The notes under the pieces were generated by a model, which did not search any database, was not told the DNA's origin, and saw only the letters and a program-made list of their open reading frames with translations. Of a stretch of 64,000 nucleotides of DNA, positions 50,884 through 64,000 are shown in pieces. A program made the translations under genes and the position numbers. Numbering within the stretch: position 1 is the first letter of the stretch; every line of letters begins with the position of its first letter. Source of the stretch: Eledone cirrhosa (Eukaryota); the NCBI GenBank assembly GCA_964016885.1, contig OZ024740.1, positions 75,392,001 to 75,456,000 of the forward strand. The letters are read 5' to 3'.

Positions 50884-52535
50884 AATTAAACAGATAAGAA
50901 GCATTAACGGCCAGAACTAGCCAAAACTCAGAAGAGTAGTGAATTCATATCTATGAAAGCTTATGAGAGATATGAAGGAAAAGCATGCAAGCTGAAAGTT
51001 ACAAAAATAGATTATATGGCAAGGAAGTGAGTAAAATGTCCAACCAACGTAGAAATTACAGTGTGATACAAATACATTGAATACAACATGGTAATATAAT
51101 ATGAGAATTACAATACAATATAATGGGTAATAAAGCTTAATAAATGTATATATATATATATCCATATACATATACATTTACACAAACACATACTAACACT
51201 TAATAAGTATAAATATACTCTTTATAATATAAAATAAAATAAAATCACCCTGACGGTGCGCATAAACTATACAAAAAATAAACTATACAAAAAATAAGCT
51301 ATATAAGAAATAATATAATAATATAGGCATCAAAATATACAGAACTACATCAAACATATCACTTAATGTCAACAAGTAGTATATAAAGTTATACACAGGG
51401 CAAGAAAAAATATCTTAATAAAACTGGAGTATGTTGAAATATATATATATATATACATAAATACATAAGTACATAAAGTATTGATAATAAGTATATATGC
51501 ATTTATAAAATATTACAAAGTATTATAATAAAACAGTACCTTAAAAATCAGACATAAAATAATACGTATAATTCCATTACATAGAAATAATATGATACAT
51601 AAATCTTAATATTATAATGATAAATAATATAATAATATAAAAATATAAAGGCAGACTGGCAGAGTCAATTGAAAATGTTTAAGAGATATTTACGCGAATG
51701 ATATATTATATTAATATAGGGAGGCAAGTTATTATGTAAAGCATATTATAGGAAGACAAAGCAGCAAGTGGTAGTGAAGAAGTAATGATGATGATGATAG
51801 GACGACAGACATCAAGTGATAGTAAAAAAATAAAAAAATAAAATAAAATAAAATGAAGAACAAAAACAAAAAAACAAAAACAAGCACAATACGTAGGTAT
51901 AACGATTCATTATGTAAATATAGAAGGTATTATTATTCTAAACTAAAAAGTTGAATAGAAAACCTTATTAAATTAATTAATATTAAAATTGCCTAAAGGA
52001 TATTATTAGTAAGTCTAAATAGAATAAATTTTAAGTCATCAAAGTCGTATAAAATTAGGATATTTTAATAAAAACTATAATATAATATATATTACGGTCC
52101 GATCAGCTGAATTACGTTATCAAAGAAAAAACTCCAAAAAAACTATGGTAGACCAATGGGAACAGAAAGAAGTGAAACTATGGAGGATAGGAAGGATCAT
52201 AAAAGTAAAAGTTAATATATAATATAATATAATATAATACGTATAAAAGTAGAATTAATATATAATATAATAAAAAGGGGCGAATATGAAGTGTGTAAAG
52301 GAGGAGGTTCATTAGTTTTAGATGTAGGAGACTCAAAATTAAACTATTCAATAAGATACAAACTTACTAGGCGATAATATTGAGTAAAAATGCAATAATG
52401 TTTAAGATGACAGATATGGTAAGGTAGCTAATACGACTATGAAAACTAAAATTCGTAAATCGAAACAACAGTAGAAACTTAATAATAATGGTAATAAAGA
52501 TGAACTAAAACCAAAGAGATAGGGAAATATAGCAG

Positions 52536-54430
52536 CTAATGGATACGGGTTAAACTACCGGAACTTTTAGGTCTATAATAGAAGAAAGAATTAGAAATGG
52601 CATGCGGACAGGAAGAAAATATCTCAGATTTTCTATTAAGCAATGTGCTCCTAGAGAAAATTATAGAATGGGTCTCAAGGATACAAAGATTACAGAATTT
52701 AGTGTGTGTTGATAGGTGATTAGAGTGTGCTACTATTCGCCAAATTAGGCTATATAGTATACCAGCCCCTTTTAAATCCCAGATATGGTGTGCCAAAGAA
52801 GTAGAGTTCTTAAACTTGATATGCTTAAAATTAGAAATATGCGAATTAAACCTAATTTTAAAGGTATTAGATGTGGAGCCTATATATGTGCTACAAGAAG
52901 AATTAGTCCTAACTTCACAAGCATAAACAATGTTCCTAGAGAGGCAGTGACCATTTAAAGGGCAATTATTACTTACTCTACAGTTACACTTCCGGGTACT
53001 AGTGAGTAGCTGATTACGCGATGCATTATTCCTAGGGTTATTATAAGATAAGATTTGCTCGGGCGGTAAATTATCAATAGAGCTATCTAGATTAGCAGTA
53101 CGCAAAGAGGAGTAGCTATCCCTAATTTTCCTATTGTTAGTGCTAACTAGATGAGAATTAATGTTAGGGGTGGTAGAGAAGGAGAGTTTAATTACGTTTT
53201 TATTAAATATACCATGATATTTATTAGTAGGAGGGAAATTTGTCTCTAAGATAGAAAAGAAAGACCTAGGGATATTAGTTAATACTTCATGATCAAAAGG
53301 TGGGTTAAAGTAAGTATTGAGTCTCCTCCTATTCCTACCTTTACTATCTCTACCGTAATTTGGTATCCTATTAATAGGATCAGGGTTAATATGAGGATCA
53401 GTAGAATTAACACTATTAGAAGCAGTTAAAACATTACCACTGGGTGAACGTTCAGAGCGCCTATCCTGCTCCCTAGAACTAATCTCGATATGCGTACCAT
53501 TAGACTCACTAATCCGACTACTATTTCGGTAGCTAAACTTAGGGTTCGGTTTGGATATATCTATAATATTTCTATGATTCCTATGTTTTCTACTCCCATT
53601 CAAGGCCATATTATGGGTAATCGGAGTCATTTCAAGGTTGTCCTCCTTATAATGTATTTTACCAGAGTAACCTGAGTTAGCTAGGGCGTTATTATAATAC
53701 TCTGCATGTGAATTAAAGATTCCTATATCCTTAGAGAGTGTGGAGATTCTATTAGATACACCATTAATTATAGAACTAATCATAGATTTAGGGTGGTTGG
53801 AATTGGGATTAACATAAGAGAGTGTCTCATTAGGCTTGTGGAATGGTTTATAACTATTAGTGACCAAGTCCAATGTCACATCTAAAAAGTTGACTGCTCT
53901 ATTATTCTTATCAATCGTGATCGAAAGGTTAAAATTTTTTAAAAATTTATATAGTTTCTTCCTATTATGCTCAATATTATTAGTGCTAGAGTTTATCACA
54001 AATAATGCATCGTCACGATAAAGTCCCCCTTTAAGGTGCGGAAAGCTAGCATACAGTTCGTTCAATAGGAACAGCCCAACAAGGTCAGTTACCTGGGCCG
54101 AATCACTCGAACCCATTGTAATGTCAAAGTTGTTGGGTGTGTTTTTACGCGTCCAAAGAGTATCTTCGAATTTGATTATAGTCCTACGGGCGGCTAGTAT
54201 AACATCTATCTGGGGTCGCGTAAGACTAGACATTCTCATGGCCATAATTAAGGCCTTATTAAGGAGGATAGGTGAGATCGACGTGTAATAGGCGTCTATA
54301 TCAAACTGGATAAACCTATTAGACTCAAGTTTATTGATACCAGAGAACCAATCTATGACATCCCTAGTATTTCCCCATAGATTAAAATGAACCTTTTCCC
54401 TAACGCTAGGTATAATTAGGTCAAGGATTT
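52536..54430 (-). CDS. PLE RT-GIY-YIG (Naiad-like), open but 5'-truncated
   Basis: Frame is open upstream of the annotated Met (FIQFDIDAYY); FDITMGSSDS, LYRDDAL, FLDVTLDL, CNCR...CPLNGHCL, IVYAC...YIGSTSNTFKIR, CNLCILE, LLNRKSE...CPH. Confidence 0.93.
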
Positions 54431-54903
54431 TGACATTAAGTGATATGTTTTATGTAGTTCTGTATATTTTGATGCCTATATTATTATATTATTTCTTATA
54501 TAGCTCATTTTTTGTATAGTTTATGCGCACCGTCAGGGTGTTTTTATTTTATTTTATATTATAAAGAGTATATTTATACTTATTAAGTGTTAGTATGTGT
54601 TTGTGTAAATGTATATGGATATGGATATATATATATATACATTTATTAAGCTTTATTACCCATTATATTGTATTGTAATTCTCATATTATATTACCATGT
54701 TGTATTCAATGTATTTGTATCACACTGTAATTTCTACGTTGGTTGGACATTTTACTCACTTCCTTGCCATATAATCTATTTTTGTAACTTTCAGCTTGCA
54801 TGCTTTTCCTTCATATCTCTCATAAGCTTTCATAGATATGAATTCACTACTCTTCTGAGTTTTGGCTAGTTCTGGCCGTTAATGCTTCTTATCTGTTTAA
54901 TTT

Positions 54904-54940
54904 CCCTGATGAGTCCTTAATGGGACGAAACATTGTAGGC
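54904..54940 (+). ncRNA. type I hammerhead ribozyme (family C)
   Basis: Identical to the 50846-50883 motif. Confidence 0.92.
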
Positions 54941-54977
54941 TAATAAAGACTTTTGATGTATTGAAGGCTTCTTTGTC

Positions 54978-55059
<82 letters not shown>

Positions 55060-55207
55060 TTTATATATATATATATACATATATTTATATATATATATAC
55101 ATATATTTATATATATATATATACATATATTTATATATATATATACATATTTATACATATATTTATATATATATACTTATATTTATATATATATATATAC
55201 ATATATT

Positions 55208-55281
<74 letters not shown>

Positions 55282-55427
55282 AATATATGTATATATATAT
55301 ATATAAATATAAGTATATATATATAAATATATGTATAAATATGTATATATATATATAAATATATGTATATATATATATAAATATATGTATATATATATAT
55401 AAATATATGTATATATATATATATAAA

Positions 55428-55511
<84 letters not shown>

Positions 55512-55548
55512 GACAAAGAAGCCTTCAATACATCAAAAGTCTTTATTA

Positions 55549-55586
55549 GCCTACAATGTTTCGTCCCATTAAGGACTCATCAGGGA
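55549..55586 (-). ncRNA. type I hammerhead ribozyme (family C), third copy within pLTR fragment 55503-55657
   Basis: Identical motif on the minus strand. Confidence 0.9.
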
Positions 55587-55664
55587 AATTAAACAGATAA
55601 GAAGCATTAACGGCCAGAACTAGCCAAAACTCAGAAGAGTAGTGAATTCATATCTATATATATA

Positions 55665-55975
55665 TGAAGTAATTCCGTCGGAAAAGTCCAGGAAAAAAGA
55701 GTGCGCTATGTAGGTAACAGAGCTTAATAGTTATGTAATAAACAACATAAGGCAATTATTCCATTTACCAGTGGTTTCTTAAAAGCAAAAGATTTTGCTT
55801 TCAATCCTCAGAATGAAAAAATCCTGGTCTGTTTATTGAATTTGGATTTTAAAAACAAAAATGCAATCTATATGAAAGTGAGGCTGGAGAAGGAAGAAGG
55901 AAAGGAAAAATAAAATAAAACTACACATGCAAACACACACACAAAAACACGCCACTCACACACAAAAGCATACAT

Positions 55976-55985
<10 letters not shown>
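55665..55985 (-). mobile_element. family A pLTR with tail; inverted partner at 63241-63502
   Basis: Near-identical reverse complement over ~260 bp. Confidence 0.88.
55760..55817 (-). ncRNA. type I hammerhead ribozyme (family A)
   Basis: TTCATT-CTGAGGA-TTGAAAGCAAAA-TC-TTTTGCTTTTAA-GAAA-CCACTGG-TA-AATGGA. Confidence 0.88.
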
Positions 55986-56032
<47 letters not shown>

Positions 56033-56162
56033 TGCAAAAGTTCTATTTAAAATTGTTGGGATACAAGTAAATATTTTTATAACTGATATAAAGCACTCGA
56101 CAAGTATTTGGAGTAGATATACGATATTAATAAATGGAAACTATATTTATAAAACCATATTT

Positions 56163-56226
56163 ATTTCATTATACATATTTCAGGGATACCAAATTAAATT
56201 ATGGTATGCCTTCATCAGACAAAATA
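56163..56226 (-). ncRNA. type I hammerhead ribozyme (family B)
   Basis: ATTTTGT-CTGATGA-AGGCATACCA...TGGTATCCCT-GAAA-TATGTA-TA-ATGAAAT. Confidence 0.85.
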
Positions 56227-56841
56227 CAATATATAACAGTTTTACAAATAAGCTTTGACGTACCCTTTTAAAATGCAACCACTATTTTGGGAAGCCATCT
56301 GGATAGTGAATTGTTTATATTATTTTAATAAGTCTTAGTGTTAAGGACAATTAGAAAAAGACGGAGAGAAAGAAAAAAGACGGAGAGAGAGAAAAAAGAA
56401 AAAGAAAAAAACGTGGAGAAATATCGGAGAGCGAGAAATGCATGGAGAAAAAAGAAAGAAAGAAATAAAGACAGGAGGAAAGAAAGAAAAAAAAAAAGGA
56501 AGAAATAAGAAAAACAGAGGAAAGCAACAGAGATATATCAAGTCATCAGACAGATAGAAAGACTCAAGAGAGAGAAATAATATATAGAGAGAGGGGGAGA
56601 TAATGAAAACTTTACGTCATGTCATATTAAGTTGAGTTAACAATTTATATGAAATGAATAATAAAAATATAAATATTAATATTCATGAATGGGACATAAA
56701 TATATAATATGAGAAATTAAACATTGTTTAATAATAATTATATGTTTAGTTTAAAACTTGAGATCAATATACTAAAATTTGAGTTTAAGCATCCAAAATG
56801 TAGACATTGCTAGAGAAACCACTAACTTACGGCAAAGACAC

Positions 56842-56893
<52 letters not shown>

Positions 56894-58028
56894 GCACGTC
56901 CGGAAAATAGAAATTATATCTACTCAGGTCAACAATATAGACATACAAAACGCAAATGATTTCTCTTCATCACTGCTATACATTCCTTGTGTTATAAAAA
57001 GTTCACAGTATATATACATAAATATATACGATTAACATTCATGCCTTCATATATACGATTACCATTCATGCATTTAACATTCTGTTAAAATTATGCATAT
57101 CTGCAATCAAAACTGCGTGGGTATGCATGCACACACATAACTCTCACCCACACACATAGATATAGATATATAAATATACACATACATATGTATAAATAAA
57201 TATTTGCGTGCGTCTTCACCAATTGTTAGACCCGCATCGCTTATGTACATATACAGACAGATATACAATCATAAAAAAACATATAACACTTTTATATGCA
57301 TGTTAATACACACATACTCATTTGTATAGAGATAATCAAATATCAATATATTACTAAAAGATTATACTTTGGAAATATAATTATAACAATATAAATTTAA
57401 AATACCAAAGGATTATATTTTGGAAATACAATTATATTAGTATAGTCAAAAGGACAAACGAATTCTAGAAATATCAAAACATTAAATATCTTTAAAACAC
57501 TATAGAGTATCTTAAGTTAAAATAATATGTTTCATATATTTAGTATAGAAATTTATCCTACGTATATTTCAATCAAGATATTGAAAGGGTAGACTTATGA
57601 AAATTATGAGAAGCTATCAGAATCAAAACAAACCTAATAAAAATAAATAAAAATAAAAATAAAAATAAAAATAAAAATAAAAATAAAAATAAAAATAAAA
57701 ATTAAAATTAAAATTAAAGTTAAATAAATATTATATCAATATAATTTAAAAATTTAAAAATTTAAAAATTTAAAAAGTTTAAAAAATTTAAAAATTTAAA
57801 GATTTAAAAAATTTAAAAAAGCCAAGGATTCTACAGATATCCTTATATTTAGTATAGAAATTTATCTTACGTATATTTTATTTAAGACATTGGAAGTATA
57901 AACATTTTAGAGTAGTTTATTATATCTATGTTTATATTTAGGAAGAAAATTTAAAAAGAAAAAGGCGAAGGAATCTAATGATTTATCGACAGGTTTCATA
58001 TATTAACTAAATTACTTAATTAATTATA

Positions 58029-59692
58029 CTACATTTTAAATTTATATTTATATTTAAACGTTGAGTTCAATCTATGTCTGCAGCAACTGAATAAATTATT
58101 CCTTAAATTAAGGGAATTTTTGGACTTTAATATAAAGAATATTTCTTCAATACAAAGATCACAATTTTCTGAAGAGGAATTAAAAGGAGTAGCTTTTGAA
58201 ATAATATTCCAAGTCACCGAATATTTAACAGTATCTCGTTTTAGGTCCCATAGTAGGCTAGATAGCGAAGTTAAAGATTTTTTGTTTGGATCTGTGAAAG
58301 AATTTTTATGATTATTGAAGCGAAATTTAAATTCTGTAGAGGTAGAACCGACATAGTTAAATGAATTTAAATTAGTTTTAACATTACAATTGTACACTAC
58401 ATTTTTAGCTAAGCAGTTGTTATTTAACGGACAGTTAGATTTATTTCTACAGTTACAGTTATTCAATTGAATATTGCTTGGGTTATTATTGGTATTTTGG
58501 TTAGGTTTTAAGTTTCTATTATTAATTCTATTAATATTTTGTGCTAAAGTTTTGGTGGACGAGTAAGTTAATTTTATAGTATGTCTATTAAAAATTGAGT
58601 AATATTTATGTGTTCTAGGGAAGCGTTTGTCAAGAGCTTTAAAGAATAGTTTAGCAATAGGGGTTTTAATATTTAGTGAGAAAGGGGGAGCAAACCATAA
58701 TATATTTCTAGTTCTATTTCTTTTTCGGCTTTTGGAATTATTGTAATGTTTTCTATTATAGTTGTTAAAGTTGTTACCATAATTAAAATTGTTATTATTT
58801 TGGTTAGTTTGCTTATTATTATTATTATCGATGTATTTAATTTTATTTCTATATCCAGCTCTACCTAACGCTTCTTTGTAATACTGCGCTTTTTCATCAA
58901 ATATATTTTTATTAGATGAAATTCTTAAAATTCGTTCTTGAACAGAGTTCACTATAGTATTTTTAACAGATCTGGGGTGATTAGAGTTAAAATTAACATA
59001 ATTCAAGTTCTCATTTAGTTTGTGAAATGGATAATGAAGACATGTGTTGAGATTTAGTGTTACATCAAGAAAATTGACTATTTTATGGTTATTCTCTATT
59101 TCTACTTTTAGATTAAGGTAATTAAAAAATTGTATAATTTGTTTTCTTTTTCTATTTAGTTCACAGCTATTATTTTCTATAAGTAAAAGCATGTCATCAC
59201 GATATAAGCCTCCGGTTACACCTGGTATTTTTCTATGTAGCGAATTAATTATAAATAGGCCCACAAGGTCCGTTACCTGAGCTGAGTCTGATGATCCCAT
59301 AGTTATGTCGAAATTATTATTTCTATCTGCCCTAGTCCAGAGTTGGTTATTAAATTCTATCAATGTTTTCCTTGCCGATAATATAATGTGCATTTCATTG
59401 CTAGTTAGGTCTGTATGTTTAAATGCGTAATTTAGTGCCTTATTCAGTAGATTAGGAGTGATAGATGAATAGTAGTTAGCAATATCCAGCTGAATAAACT
59501 TATTATAGTTATATTTAATTTCTTTAAACCAATCGATAACCTCACTAGTCCCTTTCCATAATTTTAAGTAAGATAAATTAGGTAAGTTTTTAATTTGTTG
59601 TATTACCCTGTCTAGAATAGTTTTGCTAAGTTTGCCCAGGTCAGATTTAGATGGTGCAATTAATCTGACTGGTAAATCATTTTCAAAGTTTC
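58029..59692 (-). CDS. PLE RT-GIY-YIG (Naiad-like), open but 5'-truncated
   Basis: VRLIAPSKSDLGKLSK, FIQLDIANYY, LYRDDML, CNCRNKSNCPLNNNCL, VVYNC...YVGST, CDLCIEE, CRH; first ~65 aa of the listed ORF are microsatellite. Confidence 0.93.
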
Positions 59693-59778
59693 TTACAGCC
59701 ACACACACATATATATACACACATACATACACATAGAAACATAAATATAAATACATATACATACACACATATACACAC

Positions 59779-59810
<32 letters not shown>

Positions 59811-60388
59811 ATATGTGTGTACAAGCATACACATACACAAACATAGCCATACACACATACATATACATACATACATACATGCACACAATCATACATATAT
59901 ACACACGTACATACATACACATACATAAATGCACTCCTCTACATATTCACACACGCAAATAAATATAAGAAAATATATATTTTTTTTTTTGTTTTTTTTT
60001 TTGACAGCGATACAAACTGCAGGTAACTGGACAGACACGCGTGGTAAGTAATACACACAAATGCACGTATACATACGTACGAAATAGTAAATACATACAC
60101 ACACTCTCGCACATAAATATACATATACAAATACATAAACACATACATACACATACACAAATACATGCACAAACACGCACACGCACACGTATACAATTAT
60201 ACACACACATATACACACACATATGTATATGTAATTATATACACATACATATATATATATATATACATAAATATAAAAATACACACACACACATATATGT
60301 ATACATACACACACACATATACATACATAGCTATACAAATATACACATACAAATACGTACATATCATAAACACGCACAAAATCCAAAC

Positions 60389-60435
<47 letters not shown>

Positions 60436-60555
60436 TACACATACATACACATATACATGTGTGTGTGTGTAAAACTCAGTCTTAGATAATTCATATGAAC
60501 CTTACATATATATAGTAGTAAGGTAATAAAGTAATAAGCAACATAAAGCAATTAT

Positions 60556-60613
60556 TCCATTCACCAGTGGTTTCTTAAAAGCAAAAAATTTTTCCTTCAA
60601 TCTTCAGAATGAA
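60556..60613 (-). ncRNA. family A' hammerhead with GUG at the cleavage triplet
   Basis: CTGAAGA-stem II-GAAA-CCACTGG-TG-AATGG. Confidence 0.7.
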
Positions 60614-60655
60614 AAAACCTGGTCTATCTACATATACATACATATACACACACAA

Positions 60656-61284
<629 letters not shown>

Positions 61285-61566
61285 ACACCTTCTCTGCTCT
61301 TTACTTTTGCTACGGTTTTTATTTTGCTGAATCTACGTTCTGTACTCTTGTATATATATTTTTTTTCTCCCTTACCTCCCCTTATATTTCACCTTTTCCT
61401 ATGCCCCCCCCCCCCGCACATATATTCTTTTTGCCTTGCCCTTCACATACCTATGTGTATGTGTATGTATATTTGCGTGTATATATATATATATATATAT
61501 GTGTGTGTATATATATATATATATTTGTGTGTGTATATATATGTATATGAAGATAGACCAGGTTTT

Positions 61567-61624
61567 TTCATTCTGAAGATTGAAGGAAAAATCTTTTGCT
61601 TTTAAGAAACCACTGGTGAATGGA
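61567..61624 (+). ncRNA. family A' hammerhead with GUG triplet
   Basis: Mirror of 60556-60613. Confidence 0.7.
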
Positions 61625-61750
61625 ATAATTGCTTTATGTTGCTTATTACTTTATTACCTGACGACTATATATATGTAAGGTTCATATGAATTATCTAAGA
61701 CTGAGTTTTACACACACACACATGTATATGTGTATGTATGTGTATATATT

Positions 61751-61787
<37 letters not shown>

Positions 61788-62391
61788 GTGTTTGTATTTG
61801 GTTGTGCGTGTTTATGATATGTACGTATTTGTATGTGTATAATTGTATAGCTATGTATGTATATGTGTGTGTGTATGTATACATATATGTGTGTGTGTGT
61901 ATTTTTATATTTATGTATATATATATATATATATATGTATGTGTATATAATTACATATACATATGTGTGTCTATATGTGTATGTATAATTGTATACGTGT
62001 GCGTGTGCGTGTTTGTATATGTATTTGTGTATGTGTATGTATGTGTTTATGTATTTGTATATGTATATTTATGTGCAAGAGTGTGTGTATGTATTTACTA
62101 TTTCGTACGTATGTATACGTGCATTTGTGTGTATTACTTACCAAGCGTGTCTGTCCAGTTACCTGCAGTTTGTATCGCTGTCAAAATATTTTTTTATATA
62201 TATATATTTTTTTTTTCTTATATTTATTTGCGTGTGTGAATATGTAGAGGAGTGCATTTATGTATGTGTATGTATGTACGTGTGTATATATGTATGATTG
62301 TGTTCATGTATGTATGTAGGTATATGTATGTGTGTATGGCTATGTTTGTGTATGTGTATGCTTGTACACACATATATATATATATATATAT

Positions 62392-62443
<52 letters not shown>

Positions 62444-62672
62444 ATATGTGTGTATGTATATGTATTTATATTTATGTTTCTATGTGTATGTATGTGTGTA
62501 TATATATGTGTGTGGTTGTATATATGTATGTGTATGTATGGATGTGTTGATATTTATGTGCGTATGTATATATGTGTATATGTATGTGTTTGTGTGTATT
62601 TATATACACATATATATGTGTATATATGTGTGTGTGTGTGTGTATGAGTGTATGTATATGTATATATATATG

Positions 62673-62746
<74 letters not shown>

Positions 62747-62783
62747 ATTAATAAATGGAAACTATATTTATAAAGCCATATTT

Positions 62784-62847
62784 ATTTCATTATATATATT
62801 TCAAGGATACCAAGTTAAATCATGGTATCCCTTCATCAGACAAAATA
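62784..62847 (-). ncRNA. type I hammerhead ribozyme (family B)
   Basis: Reverse complement of 62998-63062. Confidence 0.88.
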
Positions 62848-62997
62848 CAATATATATCAATTTTACAAATAGATATTGACGTACCCTTTCAAAAAGGTGA
62901 CCGTTGCTTTTGGAACCCATCCGGATGGCCTCCAAAAGCACCGGTCACCTTTTTGAAAGGGTACGTCAATATCTATTTGTAAAATTGTTATATATTG

Positions 62998-63062
62998 TAT
63001 TTTGTCTGATGAAGGGATACCATGATTTAACTTGGTATCCTTGAAATATATATAATGAAATA
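62998..63062 (+). ncRNA. type I hammerhead ribozyme (family B)
   Basis: ATTTTGT-CTGATGA-AGGGATACCA-loop-TGGTATCCTT-GAAA-TATATA-TA-ATGAAAT. Confidence 0.9.
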
Positions 63063-63184
63063 AATATGGCTTTATAAATATAGTTTCCATTTATTAATAT
63101 TGTATATCTAAATATTTGTCGAGTGCTTTATATCAGTTATAATAATATTTGCTTGTTGTATCCTAACAATTTAAATAGAACTTT

Positions 63185-63255
<71 letters not shown>

Positions 63256-63412
63256 ATGTATGCTTTTGTGTGTGAGTGTGCGTGTTTTTGTGTGTGTTTG
63301 CATGTGTAGTTTTATTTTATTTTTCCTTTCCTTCTTCCTTCTCCAGCCTCACTTTCATATAGATTGCATTTTTGTTTTTAAAATCCAAGTTCAATAAACA
63401 GACCAGGATTTT

Positions 63413-63470
63413 TTCATTCTGAGGATTGAAAGCAAAATCTTTTGCTTTTAAGAAACCACTGGTAAATGGA
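63413..63470 (+). ncRNA. type I hammerhead ribozyme (family A) in pLTR 63241-63502
   Basis: Mirror of 55760-55817. Confidence 0.88.
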
Positions 63471-63500
63471 ATAATTGCCTTATGTTTTTTATTACATAAC

Positions 63501-63570
<70 letters not shown>

Positions 63571-63582
63571 AGTATATATATA

Positions 63583-63639
<57 letters not shown>

Positions 63640-63644
63640 GTATA

Positions 63645-63723
<79 letters not shown>

Positions 63724-63744
63724 ATGTATGTATGTATATATATA

Positions 63745-63819
<75 letters not shown>

Positions 63820-63847
63820 ATATATATGCATATATATATATATATAT

Positions 63848-64000
63848 GAGAGACGTAAAATAAGAAAATTATAAAATTAACTTACTTACTAAAAAATCAC
63901 TTCCAACTAATTAGTTTCTGGAATGGAGTAAATATATTTTCCGAAGAAACATATGGAAAATCATTCCGTCATCAGGAAAGTCTTTTTCCGTGTAAGTCTC
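63848..64000 (-). mobile_element. probable further pLTR end running off the window
   Basis: Abuts (TA)n; CTGATGA on the minus strand near 63969-63975 with a later GAAA; stems unclear. Confidence 0.4.

Larger units (their letters stand above)
50698..54985 (-). mobile_element. Naiad-like PLE, 5'-truncated, with inverted pLTRs
   Basis: Arms 50800-51372 and 54430-54985 near-identical and inverted; tail 50698-50800; ~1.8-kb 3' region; inserted in a TA-rich microsatellite. Confidence 0.93.
56033..59692 (-). mobile_element. Naiad-like PLE (family B pLTR at 56033-56310), 5'-truncated
   Basis: ORF followed by a ~2-kb AT-rich 3' region ending in an HHR-bearing pLTR; linkage of ORF to pLTR inferred from orientation. 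Confidence 0.82.
62743..63188. mobile_element. asymmetric fold-back element (family B): 360-bp palindrome plus tail
   Basis: 62743-63102 is almost perfectly self-complementary, centred on CATCCGGATG; tail 63103-63188; TA on both sides. Confidence 0.93.

Noticed and set aside
62755-63090. Twin 75-aa ORFs on opposite strands (also the 86-aa pair at 50917 and 54609)
   Set aside because: By-products of inverted repeats in non-coding pLTRs.

Overview
AT-rich, microsatellite-dense animal DNA with one 200-N gap (2242-2441) and no convincing host protein-coding gene. The SINE families and repeat landscape resemble an octopus/coleoid cephalopod (inference from recall, not a search). The window is almost all retroelements: two adjacent near-full-length, degenerate Tx1/L1-like LINEs (8.9-20.7 kb), RTE-like and HERO-like LINE remnants, many tRNA-derived SINEs, and a dense, partly nested set of Penelope-like elements (PLEs; RT plus GIY-YIG) inserted in (TA)n tracts. 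The most notable signal is about 20 minimal type I hammerhead ribozyme (HHR) motifs, intact or decayed, from several PLE terminal-repeat (pLTR) families. Many sit in asymmetric fold-back units: a short arm plus an inverted long arm with an extra tail, placing an HHR on each strand. In at least five dissimilar families the short arm stops at a TA about 3-9 nt before a shared RCTC-loop-GAGY hairpin that shows ACTC/GAGT versus GCTC/GAGC covariation, a candidate undescribed cis-signal. All coordinates were read by eye and may be off by a few nt.
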